Made by a program: the position numbers and the translations under genes
Notes under the pieces: generated by a model
Seen by the model: only the letters and a program-made list of their open reading frames with translations
What the model was told of the DNA's origin: nothing
Databases searched by the model: none
Assembly (NCBI GenBank): GCA_951406725.2
Contig: OX597839.1
Location: 12,648,001-12,712,000 of the forward strand
Direction of reading: 5' to 3'
Source of the DNA: Octopus vulgaris
Lineage: Eukaryota
DNA: 64,000 bases
Shown here: piece by piece, positions 1-13,865 of the stretch
How the letters are laid out: each line of letters opens with the position of its first letter
How positions within the stretch are numbered: the first letter of the stretch is position 1

Positions 1-429
1 ATTTTGTGCTTATACACCGTATAAATTACAAAAGCCATTGAGTGAACTCATTAACTATATAAAACTATTTGATGTAGTCGAAATATTTTTATATAAGTCC
101 ATCAATCATTCGTTCGCTTGCCTTTTTTGCCATATAGTAGCAAAAAAAAAAAAGATGTATTTATATAGTTACGGTAACCGAAAAAATATTTTGACATTTT
201 TAGAGCGTGAATGATTGTCACGCATCAATATGATTTTGATAGTCCAAGGTTTTTTTCGTCAAATATTAAGACAATTGTGTTAATATGTGAGGACAAAAAG
301 ATTTCGATTTCGAACACTTGATTACGGTGAAACTTTATAAAACAGAATAGTCATTCTTTCTGAGGCAAAGATCACAAACTTTGTGACCCTGTCTATAAAA
401 TTTGGCATATTGTAATGGTATATTCCGAA

Positions 430-640
430 AAGCGCGCCGGGCGAAATGCTTAGCGGTATTTCATCTGCGTTACGTTGTGAGTTCAAATTCCGCCGAGGTC
501 GACTTTGCCTTTCATCCTTTCGGGGTCGATAAATTAAATACCAGTTACGCACTGGGGTCGATGTAATCGACTTAATACCTATGTCTGTCCTTGTTTGTCC
601 GCTCTGTGTTTAGCCCCTTGTGGGTAATAAAGAAATAGGT
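430..640 (+). mobile_element. tRNA-related SINE family A
   Basis: B box gagttcaaattc and body ctttgcctttcatcctttcggggtcgataaatt. Further copies at about 9937-10150(+), 26095-26318(-), 30584-30820(+), 33537-33612, 33667-34280(+, split), 35655-35883(-), 40385-40597(+), 52150-52290(-), 53900-54020(-). Confidence 0.85.
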
Positions 641-2882
641 ATATTCCGAAAGATTTTATAGTCGTGATATATTCTGATAAACTTTTGTTGAAAAGATCTT
701 CTGAAAAGGTGCTGGTGCCACATAAAAAGCACTGATGATGGTATCACGTAAAAAGCACTGATGATGGTGTCACATAAAAAGCACCCAGTACACTCTGTAA
801 AATAGTTGGCGTTAGGAAGGGCATCGAGTCGTAGAAACCAAGCCAAAACAGACTATAGAACCTGATGCTGCCCCTGGTCTTGCCAGTTCCTGTCAAGCCG
901 TCCAACCCATGCTAGCGTCGAAAATAGACGTTAAATGATGATGATGATGATGATGATGTAGATAGTGATTAAATCGTCCTTAAAATTTATTTTCAGTTAC
1001 CCCAATATAATTTTTTATCACTGGATTTTCCACTGTAAATACTTCTGCCCAAAAATCTACCAATTTCGAACATAAATTATTTAACATCAGCAATCTACAA
1101 GATTAAGACAGTTAAATGAGTCGGGTCTATTAGACGCAGGAGGTTGTTTGGGATTTTGAGCATTGATGAATATTGAAAAATTATGTCTATGAGCATAACC
1201 TAAACTTGATATCACTTCTATCAGAAAAATTTTATCCTTGATCCTTAACTTGTTTCAGTCTTTGAACTGCGGCCATTATAAAAAAATATCTATCTTATAA
1301 GCAATTGAAATGTTTTGCTATATATACTTGTATTTTACTGAACGAGGTATCGAATCAAATGGCTTCAAGTTTTCTACACTTTTTAAGTGACTGAAGTGTT
1401 TACAAGCGATGCGTCTAGTTTTTTTAGTTGTTTTTTTTCTGTCTGAAGTTCTTACGTGTTTGGCATGCCTGGTAATTTTGCGTTTTATAGTTTCTCTTTT
1501 TTGCGTATATTTTTGTGTTTTATCTGACACATAAAAATATTTTAACGTGTTTTACAGTTTCTGTTTTTGCATGTCTGAGATTTTTACGTTTAACGTGTTA
1601 CAATTTTTTTACACTCTACTTTTAACCAAAAACAACATAATTGCTAATAAAGAAGAGTTAATATCACATGATAAATTGAAATAAAACAATAACAACAACA
1701 GCAAAAACAAGCAAACCTTTTACTATCTCATGATAGAAAAGTAGCATGAACGACAACACATCAGCAAAACACATCATAGTCAAAGTAATAAAATAATGCA
1801 AGCAGAATTGCAAAAATTATAGTTCCTACTGGAAATATAAACAAAACCTCTTTACTATATAAGTAGACATGCTGTAGTAAATATGTTGTAGTACAATTGA
1901 CATATTGTTGTAAACTGTGCTAAGTACATGTAGTAAACAATACAGTTGTTAACATGTAGTTATAAACAGTGTATAAATCAGTGAACAGTGGCTGTGTAGT
2001 AAGGAACTTGCCTCCTAACCACATGGCTCCGGGTTCAGACCTACTGCGTAGCACCTTGGACAAGTGTCTCCTACTAAAGCTTTAGGCTGACCAAAGCCGG
2101 AAACTGAAAGAAACCCGTCGTATATATAAATGTGCGTACACATATATGTCTGTGTGCGTTTCTGTCTCTGTCAACCGGTGCTGGTGTATTCACGTCTCCG
2201 TAAGTCAGCGGTTCGGCAAAAGACACCGATAAAACAAGTACCAGGTCTCAAAAGTACCAGGCCTCAAAAACTATAAGTACTGGGATCGGTTCATTCGACA
2301 AAAAGATCCCCCAAGGCGGTGTCCAATGGCCACAGTCCAACGGCTGGAACAAGTGAAATATAAAAGAAACACAGTAAATATTTAGTTGTAAACGGCGCAA
2401 TACACATGATGTGGTAATTAGTACAATAAACATGTAGTTGTAGAGAGTGAAATAAATTTGTACTAAACAGTGCAGTGAATATGTGGCTGTAAACGTCGAA
2501 ATAATCATAGTAAATGTGTTTCTAATGACACATTATTGTTATCAATAAACGATGAATAAAAGTAAACATACATATTTACAGTAAACAGAAAGCTTACATC
2601 AACGTTGGTACATACAGTACAGTACACAATAAAGATACTTCAATAGTGTAAACACTGTACAGAAATCATTCTGTAATACATATTATACTGCAGACAACGT
2701 ATTGTATACAATGTACTATAATCTATACGGTGCCTTAGACACTAATATAACCTGTACTGTATATACTACTCTTCCCCCATCCTACCCTTGCAGAGGTAAA
2801 AGAACATCAACCGTGATAAAGACCAAGTGTACGACCTATTACTCAAAACTATGTCATTAATTGTGTGTGCGTGTGTGTGTGT

Positions 2883-2925
<43 letters not shown>

Positions 2926-3792
2926 GAACAGAAGCGAAAACAATAAACAGAAATAGATCCCACCATTCCTCAACTACTCCCCACCAGCACCACCACCACC
3001 AAATGAGGGCAAACATGTAAAATCCCTTCATCAGCCGTCGTCTGAATATCATAGCGATTTCGACACAGATGTGTACGCGTGTGCGTAGTGATCTTCTGTT
3101 TTATGTACGTAAATTGAAAGGTAACAAAGTGAAAAGTAAATAACTACCTTACTATTACACGCAAAACCACAGTTTACCATGTAAAAAGATCGCCTATGCT
3201 TTATACTTATAAAGAATGACGCCAAGTAAACTCTCGTAAGGTGAGAAAAAAATTGTCTGAAGTCTCATGCATGGTGTCATATATTTAGTTTTAGCGAAAC
3301 ACCATGTCTCGTCTACTGTGTCCCTATATACTGTAGTATCGTTCAGATTCATGAATTAAAGGTTCTGGTTTACAGTATAGTTTAGCTGTTATTTCTATCC
3401 ACCGTTTTCTATACACACAATGAAAGACAGCCATATATATGTATCTATGTGCTTGTGTGTGTGTGTGATGTTTGTATGTATACAGTGGTATGTGAGTGTG
3501 TATACATACATACATACAAACATACATGCATACATACATACATACATACATACATACATACATACATACATACATACATACATACATACAAGCATGCATA
3601 CATACATGCATACATACACGAGCATGTCTAGATATGCAACTATGATACATGAGAATACATAAAGCAAAATATACAAATGTGCACATATTCATACATACAT
3701 ACAAACAAAAATACCCTTTTTTGATGCTGAAATTCCAATGAAGGAGCCTCTTTCTCCATTGGCAAGAAATCTTGAAATAAAACTGAACAAAA

Positions 3793-3823
<31 letters not shown>

Positions 3824-4205
3824 CTGTTTTTTGTTTCCTTCTTGGGACTGTGGACATGCTGGGTACTGTCTTGAAGGGTTTTAGTCGAATGAATTGACCC
3901 CACTACTTATTTTCTAAAGCCTGGTACTTATCCTATCCGCCTTTTTGCCGAACCGCTAAGTTAAGAGAACGTAATCAAAGGGACACTGGTCAAACACGGT
4001 GGTGAAGGATAAACACACATACACAACGGTCTTCTTTCAACTTCCGTCAACCAACTCCATTTACAAGGCTTTGGTCGTTCCGGGGCCTTAGTAGAACACA
4101 TTTGGACAAGGTGGGACTGAACCCGAAGCATGTGGCTGCTAAGCAAACTTCTTACCACACAAATACGCCTGTCCCTATGTATCTGTGTATGTGTGTGTGT
4201 GTGCA

Positions 4206-4237
<32 letters not shown>

Positions 4238-4299
4238 CTATATCAGTGTACTGTAATCTAGACTAGATTGAAACTGTAGGAATCTTCGAAAAGTAATGA

Positions 4300-4550
4300 A
4301 ACTAACCTGTGTTGTGGTTTGTCCCCGGAAGTGACTCACAGCCGTCGTCGCCATCCGCGCTGTCTCCACGGTCGAGTGACCCTCCGAAACGCTGCCGACG
4401 CGTCTCGCTGGATGCGGCCCCTCTCTGTTTCCATAGAAACCGTAGTGAAGCCGGCAGGAGATTGAGATTTTCGGCATGCCGAGTTTACTGTGCTGGGACT
4501 CAATACATCATCCTGCCGTGTCCATCAGGTGGTCCATGTGATCCGGGTAG
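4300..4550. promoter_or_regulatory. CpG-rich unique island: candidate promoter/enhancer or exon
   Basis: Locally high GC and CpG. Overlapping ETS/AP-1 motif CCGGAAGTGACTCA at 4325-4338, RFX X-box-like GTTTCCATAGAAAC at 4427-4440, and a minus-strand donor CAG|GTTAGT at 4307/4306. Confidence 0.4.
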
Positions 4551-7500
4551 TAGTAGTATCTTAAGGCATGGGCACACTGGGCAGTTGCCCAGGGCCCTCA
4601 CAGGCCTAGTTCCCCCCAATACTTATCTATGTATGACGTAGTTTGCTTTCGGTAAATAATAAATATAGGGTCCAGTGCATTGATTTGTCCATGGGCCTAT
4701 ATTGCTGCTAAGACGGTTCGGAGGAGTGGAGGAGGAGTGGTGGTGGTGGTGGTGCGGTGGTGGTAGTAGTGGCGTGTTGGAGATTGACAGGAAATTGGAT
4801 CGAGACGCAGTATTAGGCAGTTGAAATGTTGGTACTGCAATAGTGTAGTAGAGATGATGGTTCTAAGAGTGGTAGTGGTGGTGGTCTTCGTTTTTGCATC
4901 GGCGGCGGCGGGAACAACACCTTCCCTGTGTACAGTGGCAACAGTTGATGTTAATGTTGATGCTATTTGCCTTTGTTGATGTTGAAAGTTATTTTTGATG
5001 TTGTATAACACTAATGTTGTAATTGTTGTCAGTATTATTAGTGGTAGTGGTGCTATTGGCAGTAGAGGTGGCTGGATACGTAGTATTATTGACGTTGTTG
5101 TTCTTTGTTTTGCCCCAGGTCAGCCTAGGTCGAGCAGACGTATCATCGAAGACATTCCAGCTGTGATCATATCACGCAAAATAAACCCGTCTTGTATAAT
5201 AATCCAACGTATCTGTTTTTATCTTAAAATGTAAGCTAATGGGAATTTAGCTGTTATATTTAACAGATCGAGCGACCACGTGTAAATTTTTGTTTGCACG
5301 TGTAGTTGTTGTTGTTGTTGGTGGTGGTGGTGTTAGATGTTGGTAGTGGTGACGAACGGTGACACAGTGATGACGGATTGAAACAAATCTGCGTCGAAAT
5401 AGTAGGAGTAGCTGTTGTAGGTAGTGGTGGGTATACTGGTAGTCGTCAGTGGTGGTGGGTACCACACTGAGAGTGGTGTTGGTCATCTGTGATTGTCAGT
5501 GTTGTTGTTGTTGTAGCTAGATTCTGCGATCTGAGTTGAATAACTGACAAAAAAGTATTAGCAGAGACAGTTGTGATGGTAGTGGTGGTGGTGGTGGTGT
5601 CAAAGTGCGTGGGTAGGGCAAAGAGACACTTGTGAAACTAGTAGTAGTAACAGCGACAGCGGACGTTGATATAAAGGTGGAAGAGGTGCAGCAATTGCAC
5701 GTTTCTTCTTCGTCTTCTTGTTCTATTACAACTACCACTACTCTAATAACTTGTTTTCTTCTACTCTTTCTTCTTCTACTACTACAACTTTTTCTCCACG
5801 CGCCTTTTACTCTCCTCTCTCGTTATTCTTCTTTCTCCTCTTCCTCCATTTCCAACTGCTCTCTTCTCCTCCCCCCTGGCATTCCCTTTATATCTCCTCC
5901 TACTCTGCCTTTCCTTATCCTCCCTTTATTTACCCTCCTCCTTCCATATTTCCTCACGTTCCTCCTACTCCTGTTAAAATTATTATTAATTCTTTTTCCT
6001 CCTCCTCCTCTTCTTCCTCCTCCCCATTCTATCTACTGTTTCTTCTGGCCTTTTCACTTTTTTTACTTGTTTCATTGTTTACTTTCTTCCCATTATTTTC
6101 TCCCCCCTCCTCCTCCTCCTATTTGCTGTTTGTTTCCTCCCCTCCTTCCGTACTTTTACTTTATTTCACTCATTTGACTGCACCCCCTCCCAGGTTTTTT
6201 TTGTTTTTCAAGCGAACAAACCGACTCCAATTCTATCGATCTAAATTACGGGGGGACATAAACAAACTAACACCAGTTGTCAAACAGTGGGAGGAGGAAA
6301 ACACACGGACAGGCGCGCACACACATATACATGGTGAGAGAGAGAGAGAGAGAGCACGTGGGGCGGGTAGCCTGCTTCTATTCAAAGCTCGGCCGTTTCT
6401 TAGGTGTGCTTTTACCGCGTATGAGCACGTAAGTGGCTTTGAGTTCCGAAAGGTGTTTGAAATTTGCATTAAAAACGGTGTAAATATGTTTCACCTTACG
6501 AGACATAGTGCTGTATGTCCTGTCTGATTTATGTATATTTAATTGTCTTTTTAGTCCAGCGCGGGACTTAGAAATATGGCATACGACCGTACCAGCTGGA
6601 ATAATCTCAGAACTCAGAGGACGAGTTCCGAAAAGTGAATGAAGTTAAACTATACTGATTTCCAATCTACAGAAATGGACTGGTCATTTAACACACTCCC
6701 ACACACACACACTCTCTCTCTCTCTCTCTCTCGCACACACACACACGCGTGTGTGTGTGACCTGCTTGCTGGTTAGGGCATTGCATTCACATGTGTTCAA
6801 TTCCCGGACCAAGCGGCGTATTGTGTTCTTGAGCAAAACACTTCACGTTGTTCCAGTTTACCCAGCTGTAAATGGGTAACCTTCTGACGTTATAGCCTTC
6901 CGATCAGGAGGAATGTTGGCCTGGTCGTCTAGCCAGCGGGGTGGTGTCACTGGAAAGCTAAAACAATTCGAAGCGCATTGTAACCAGTGATGTATAAATC
7001 CGGTATTCTGATCGATACAGTGATGTATATATGTGGGTTTGAGGAGGAGGTTGTTTTTTTGGTTTGTTTTGGGATCTTTTCGGTTTGAACGGCAGTTTTT
7101 AACACAAATTCTAGGTAACTAAAAAATTTTAAACTTCGTATACTGGTAGAATCTCTTATTATAAAAGGCAGATTTTATCTGCCTCCCTTTGTCTCTTATA
7201 GAAATCTACAATATAGGATTTCTTCAATTACAATTTACCTAGCATTTTTAAGAGTAGAATGCATCGGGTCGTGCCAGGTCCACTTTTTAAAATTTCAACC
7301 ACAATTAAGCAAAATTTAGAGAAAACTCACATTGTGGTGTGTATGTCAAGTGCTTTTCTTAGTGTGGGCTACAGCACACACACACGCACACACACACAAA
7401 CGGAGCAAACTGTTTCACTGACGCTATCACCCTAATTTCTCCCAACGATTAAAGTGAAAGTAATTCACTTTTTGTAGTGAGTGACTCTTTCACTCTGCAT

Positions 7501-7665
7501 TCCCACTTCCTCTTTACACACATAGACACGCAAATATATAAATAAAATTGTAAGCTAACGTGTGTGTGTGTGTGTGAGTGTGTGTGTGTGTGTGCGTGCG
7601 TGTGTGTGTGAGGGTGCGTGTGTGTGTGTGTGTGTGTGTGTGCGTGTGTGTGAGTGTGTGACAGG

Positions 7666-8180
7666 AAAGTTTTTTAGGACGAATATAAGACCTAAAGTAT
7701 TTCCAAGTAGCAGAAAGATCGCCCAAAAGTGTATATAGATATATAAATGTATTTATATATTCATCTATACACAGATGTATGTATAATGTGTGTGTATATA
7801 TTTCCATAGAGGTAACCTCTCACTCCATACAAAGTTTTTTAGGGCGAATATAAGATCTAAAGTATATAAAGTAGCAGAAAGATCGCCCAAAAGTGTATAT
7901 AGATATTTAAATGTATTTATATATTCATCTATACACAGATGTATGTATAATGTGTGTGTATATATTTCCATAGAGGTAACCATTCACTCCATACAAAGTT
8001 TTTTAGGACGAAAATAAGATCTAAAGTTATCTCTAAGAAACAGAAAGATCGCCCAAAAGTGTATATAGATATTTAAATGTATTTATATATTCATCTATAC
8101 ACACATGTATGTATAATGTGCGTGTATATATTTCCATAGAGGTAACCATTCAATCCATACAAAGTTTTTTAGGACGAAAA
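7666..8180. repeat. ~165-bp tandem repeat (3 units plus a partial) inside the Helitron
   Basis: The unit start aaagttttttagg recurs at about 7666, 7831, 7995 and 8161. Confidence 0.9.
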
Positions 8181-8428
8181 TATTTATATATAAAAGAAAG
8201 GTTGTGTGTCTGTCTACTCCGATTTAGATTCCTAACTACTCCCACATTTTGCGATGCAGTTTAACCAAAACCGGGTATCTTATAGTCGTGATTCATATCG
8301 AGCCCTTCTGGGTATTAGCGCGCGTCTACGATGAGTCTACGATTTTACAAATAATTTACCATCATTTTTCCCATTTTAATGCATATTTCTTTAAATAAAG
8401 GGAAGTAACTCTCAAACTTCACACCAAT

Positions 8429-8935
8429 ATGCGTGCTCATATGCGACGTAATATCACATCAGCAGCATTTCCTCACACCCTCCTTGCACTTGGCGAAGGC
8501 AAAATACCAGGGGATGAAAATGGTAATATTGCCATCGATTCCATTTGTACCATTGTTAAGACGCCTTCTGATCTCAGAGATGCAGTGTTCCCAGATCTAC
8601 AAGCTAATTATCAGAATATGGATTGGATTGGCAAAAAGGCTATACTGGCCCCGGGGAATAAAACTGTTCACCATATTAATGATGAAATGCTAAAACTCAT
8701 TCCTGGGGAGGTCTATGTATATCAGTCTATCGATACAACTCCTGACCCAGAGGACGTCATCAACTATCCAATAGAGGTACTCAATTCCTTTGAGCACCCC
8801 GGACTACCACCACACTTTCTCAAACTTAAAGTTGGTGCCCCTATAATGCTCATCAGAAATTTGGTTCCCCCAAAACAATGCAATGGCACACGTTTGATCG
8901 TTAAGTCCTTATCTCCCACCGTAAACTTATATTAA
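8429..8935 (+). pseudogene. PIF1-family helicase fragment of the Helitron RepHel protein
   Basis: Motifs KAILAPGN, YPIEVLNSFEHPGLPPHFLKLKVGAPIMLIRNL and CNGTRLIV are typical of Helitron PIF1 helicases. Truncated at both ends. Confidence 0.9.
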
Positions 8936-11824
8936 TATTTGCCTGAATAATCATCATAATTCAGTGCAATCATTAACAGTACTTACAAGCAATTCAGCCC
9001 CGAGCAACGCCGGGCAATTCTGCTAGTGTGTTTATAAAACATCTTTTTCTCTTGGCTTTATTGAGAAAATTCTATAGTTTGTAAGATATTTGTTGTTTTG
9101 TTCTTCAGTTTCTGCAATTTCAACCAATCACTGACGTCTATTGAGGTAAAAAACATTCCGTGCCGTATGAATATATCCCTCGTTTAAGAAACAGATTGGG
9201 TTTATTTACATTTCTGAAGAAAAAAAGATACCCTTCCCCCACCCCTAACCCTAGCCCTAAAACATATTGAAATGCAATAGATCGATACAAGGGTCATAAT
9301 TATGGGTGATAATTTCATATGACACCGCTAGAAAAAACTGCCGTTCAAACCGAAAAGATCCTTGTTTTGTTTTGCTTTCGTTTTTAGAACCGTTTGATTC
9401 GGCCCCACACAACTTAATGTTTTGTAGGCTCGCTACAAGAACCCCTCTCGTCGGGTTCAAGCATTCGGATTCGACTTCCTGAGTCCGACGATCTAGGCTC
9501 TCGTAACGAGCCTATGAAGTTTTAAGTTGCTTTAAATAATAATAATAACTCCTACTAAATGTGTTGAGTACGTCTTTCTTTCGTATGTCCATTCACACGT
9601 GTGTATGTGTGTAATACACGACGGGCTTCATCAAGTTTCCGTCCACCAAATCCATTCACAAGGCCTTAGTTGGCTTTGGACTTTGGTGGAAGACACGCGA
9701 TCCAGGCACCACGCAGTGGGACTCACCAGATACATAGCAAAGTTCTAAAGCTAGGGTGAACGAACACATAAAAAAGGCGCTGTGACACAGAAAATTTCTA
9801 TCTCATTGCTTTATATTACGCGAAATATTTCATTAGTTACATGTCATTGTATTCTACAGTCATGCTTAAGTAACAATGTCATTATGTGTGAAATTACAGG
9901 TGTTGATATAGGTGCGACGTGAAAAACATGATGAAAAGGCGGCGAGTTGGCAGAAATGTTAGCACGCCGGGTGAAATGCTTAGCGGTATTTCGTCTGTCT
10001 TTACGTTCCCAGTTCAAATTCCGCCGAGGCCGACTTTGCCTTTCATCCTTTCGGGGTCAATAAATTAAGTACCAATTGCACACTGGGGTCGATCTAATCG
10101 ACTGGCTCCCTCCCCGCAAATTTCTGGCCTTGTGCCTAGAGTAGAAAAGAAAACCATGATGAAACTCCACTGGATCGTCTAGTATCGAGAGGTTATAATG
10201 TCAGGGTTCGTTTTGGTTCTTTAGATGTCAGCGGCCACCAACACATCACAGGGGATTGAGCAGACAGCTCAAAAACACAAGAGGTTGATCAAAGTAATGA
10301 CTCCAGAAAGTTCATCCAAGACCATGTCATTAACAAAGAGAGAGAGGGGGGGGGAGATAAATTAAGAGAGAGAAGGATTCAACTTTTATCGCACAAGTGA
10401 GTTAACTGTTGAAAAGGCGCCAATTTTGAAAAATGTTCTCGGAAGGAGCGGTCGTCCCCCTCACTCCCCTATTAGCTACACCACTGGGACTGGTACCAAA
10501 ATCCTCATGGTTGGGAAGCAAGCTTCTTATCACACAGCTATGCCTTCGCATGTTTTTTTTTTTCCTTTTTAATTATCGATCTTCCAACTATTTCTTCTAC
10601 TCTTCTCGTAATTCTTTCTCTACTATTCTTCCTAGTGTTCTACTATTCTTCCTTCAACATCTACTCATCCTCTTTCTTCCATACTCTACACTACATAACC
10701 ACCACCACTACCTATCTCACCAGTCACAAGTAAAACAATGATTGCTAGATCCAAAAGCCGTGGCGTTGATGCACCTAGTTGCCGACACCCTCCAGCCAGT
10801 AATCGTTGTTGATGGTGGTGGTTTTTGTAGTGAAGCAGAGAAAATCGGTAATGGTATTGTCATTGTTGGTATGGCGATTGCTAGAACTAAATGCTGTGAT
10901 GCTGATGCATCAAACTGCTGAAAAACTCCAGCCTGCAGCTGTTTGGGTGACATTGTGGGGGATTTGGTAGTGAAGCGCAGAGTGCTGGTCAGATTGTTGT
11001 TGTTATGGTGATGGCTGTGGGTGGGAGTGGTAGTCATGGTGGTGGTGGTAGTGATCAATCCTTGTTTATACACTGATCCCAATAACAAGGCTCTCAACTT
11101 TGCCTTACACCTTGCAGCCCTTAATTCTCTCGCAACCCTTATAAAAACACCTTTTTTTCTTCTCCACCCTGTTTTTCTTCACCATCTCTTTCTCCTCCAC
11201 ATCATCATACTTCCTCCTCCTCTTCCTATTTCTTCTTATATTTCGTTTTCTCTTCGTCATCCTCCTCCTCCATTGACTTTATCACCACCCTCATCATCAT
11301 TCTTTAAACTTAACATCAACAACATATTCATCATCATCCTCCTCCTCATCATCATCATCATCCTCCTCATCATCATCATCTTCCACATTGTTCCTTACTG
11401 CCCACTTCTTCCATTCCCCTTCCTGTTCTTCCATCTGATTTACTTCCTCTTTCTCCCCCACTTCTTCACACATCCATGCACCTCCACAATGGCGATCAAT
11501 AGGACATTGATCAAGAAATTGATCGATATGTTCCCGATAAGCGAAATCGATTCTCCTCAGAATGGAGGAAAAAAGTAACCGCACTAGTAGTAGTAGTGAT
11601 GGTTGTATGATTACCTTAGGATGCAGGTCAGGTGTACTCTTTGTACTCCATGACTACCTCGACAACATACACTACTGCCACATCAATCATCACTACCACC
11701 ACAACTACAGCCAATCCCACTACATCAACGTTACTATCGTCTATACTGTCCCGCCTCCACATCCAGCGCTATCACCACTAATACTACTACAAACTCCGCT
11801 AGAGATATTTCTACCAGAAACACC

Positions 11825-11906
<82 letters not shown>

Positions 11907-11910
<4 letters not shown>

Positions 11911-12111
11911 GAGTGTTGAAAGGTTTCTGGCTTTAATAGTATCGCGAAAGGCCTGATTGGAGGCCCAACTTTTACAGGGCTTAGAAAAACTGAAGGACCG
12001 CTGCATTGTGTGTGTGAATCTGAGAGGGGAATATGTTAAATAAAATCATAATTAACTGATCCTCCTATATTTGCTTTTACCCAAAGCCGGGAATTTTTCA
12101 GCACGCCCTCG
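11907..12111 (+). mobile_element. Mariner-derived MITE
   Basis: ~28-bp imperfect TIRs, TA-flanked. The internal remnant GLEKLKDRCIVCVNLRGEYVK* resembles a mariner transposase C-terminus. Confidence 0.82.
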
Positions 12112-12187
12112 TATGTGTGTATGTATGTATGTATGTATGTATGTATGTATGTATGTATGTATGTATGTATGTATGTATGTATGTATG

Positions 12188-12219
<32 letters not shown>

Positions 12220-12284
12220 AATGTGACCGCATGTGTACCGCATTTTTCTCCGTCTTCCCTTCTTTGGATCTTTCCTTTTCCTAT

Positions 12285-12319
12285 GTTTCTGACGAAGAAC
12301 TCCGCTCGAAACGTTAAAC
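12285..12319 (+). ncRNA. Minimal type-I hammerhead ribozyme motif (family a; host repeat ~12222-12400)
   Basis: GTTT-CTGACGA-A-GAAC tcc GCTC-GAAAC-GTT-AAAC: stem I GTTT/AAAC, canonical core, stem II with one mismatch, palindromic stem III AACGTT, GUU site. Confidence 0.7.
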
Positions 12320-12462
12320 CCTCCTTCTTTCCTGAGCGACCAATAATTCTATACTTGTTCCACGTCCTCGCGTTGTTGTGTTTTCATGTTTGGATTAACT
12401 ATGTATGTATGTATGTATGTATGTATGTATGTATGTATGTATGTATGTATGTATGTATGTAT

Positions 12463-12509
<47 letters not shown>

Positions 12510-12517
12510 TAACTATG

Positions 12518-12563
<46 letters not shown>

Positions 12564-12852
12564 CTCATCCCATCTTCTTCGCCCACTTAATCCTGAGACG
12601 GTCATGAAGGTAGAATCTTCAAGCACATTTTCCATAAGCAATCGTCTTCAACTGACGTGTCTGGATCCCCAAGCGAGACCAATGGAACTCATGGATGTTA
12701 TCCAACCATCTTGCTCGTAGTTTACCCCCTTGGTCTTCTGCCAGTTGTTTTTTGCCCTTAAAACCTGTCTAGCGATTCTTACCTGCGTACGTTCCTCCGT
12801 TGTAGTTTGAAAGCAGACCGATTCATCAGAACACTTTGTTGCAGACATACTA

Positions 12853-12924
<72 letters not shown>

Positions 12925-13219
12925 AAGGTATTTACTCTTCGTCGTTAAATTAATATGTTAAGTTATATCTCTAACTTGACCTTAGAAACATAATCAACTA
13001 AGGAATATTCTTAACAAAACCAGGATTTCCCTCCCCAGCTGCCTAATAGATTTGAATAATTCCCTCTCTGCAATAATTTTTGAATCAGCGAATGTCCTAC
13101 TGAAATTAGGGGGAATGAGAGTTGTTATGCTGCTTGGAAAACAGTAAAAGGACTCCGTGCCAAAATATGTTTGGGAATCTCACTCATCTTAAATTCGTAT
13201 AGCTCTCTATTGCTAATTA

Positions 13220-13320
13220 TATATGTCTGTAATTAAGTACATATGTTTTTCTATATGTGTCTGTAATTAAGTATCTATGTTTTTCTATATATCTCTGTAA
13301 TTAAGTATATATGCTTTTCT
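13220..13320. repeat. ~33-bp minisatellite, 3 units
   Basis: tctgtaattaagta..tatgtttttctata repeated. Confidence 0.8.
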
Positions 13321-13865
13321 CCAACCTCCTCTACCTCACTACACTTAACTTTATCCCTTATGTTCTCTTGTTTCCACAAAATAACTTCTGTCTGGTATCA
13401 CGTACGTTATTTACTTTTCTTCATTACGGCTATCCATTATCCAGTTGCAGTAATTGATCTTATGACCAAGAAAATATTTACGAGCACTTTTTCGTACAAC
13501 AAAACTTAATCAGTTGACTTTGTAAAACATGGACCTACATCTACAACTTTCACAACACATTATGCACACCTAACTTTTTTAACTTTTACTGTGGCAATTG
13601 CAATGGTAATAGTTTTTAACTTGTATTCACCAACACGTTTGCGTAAAATTTGCATCCATTAGTGTTATCAGTCAAGTTTAACATTCAAGATCGGAAGTGG
13701 TCCATTTTCTTGTTTATGTAGGAATTACAAAGAGAATGAAATACAATTCATTATATTATATACACAGAATGTGAGTAATGATACAGAAAACCGATAATTA
13801 GACTATTCAAATAACGAAGACAAAAATATGCATTTGTTGGTATTAAAACTAAATATATAATGATA

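Larger units (their letters stand above)
7152..9026 (+). mobile_element. Non-autonomous Helitron with intact ends, inserted in a MITE
   Basis: Starts TC, ends CTAG, with a GC hairpin (gccccgagcaacgccgggc) just upstream of the end. Inserted between A and T of the MITE sequence gtagaA|Tgtgttt with no TSD. Contains a PIF1 helicase fragment. Confidence 0.93.
7072..9361. mobile_element. Telomere-repeat MITE copy 1 (7072-7151 + 9027-9361), split by the Helitron
   Basis: TIR GGATCTTTTCGGTTTGAACGGCAGTTTTT at both ends; 8-bp TSD TTGTTTTG. Confidence 0.92.
11829..12923. repeat. Microsatellite cluster (TA)n, (ATGT)n, (GT)n
   Basis: (TA)n 11829-11906, (ATGT)n 12112-12216 and 12400-12465, (GT)n 12855-12923. 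Similar arrays occur throughout, e.g. (GATA)n 20621-20778, (TTC/TCC)n 26490-26619, (ATAC)n 3505-3615. Confidence 0.95.

Noticed and set aside
731-790. Two CTGATGA matches as hammerhead cores (also single matches at ~3030, ~12825, ~46595 and CTGAAGA inside MITEs)
   Set aside because: No correctly placed stem II, GAAA and NUH with a pairing stem I.
5632-6527. Longest ORFs in the window (181 and 269 aa), and similar ones at 11021-11578 and 12115-12720
   Set aside because: They translate pyrimidine-rich low-complexity or microsatellite DNA and SINE pieces; no domain signal.
7666-8180. CRISPR-like array
   Set aside because: Whole units repeat with no unique spacers; eukaryotic context, inside a Helitron.
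8429-8935. Host PIF1 gene
   Set aside because: An intronless partial domain bounded by Helitron termini.
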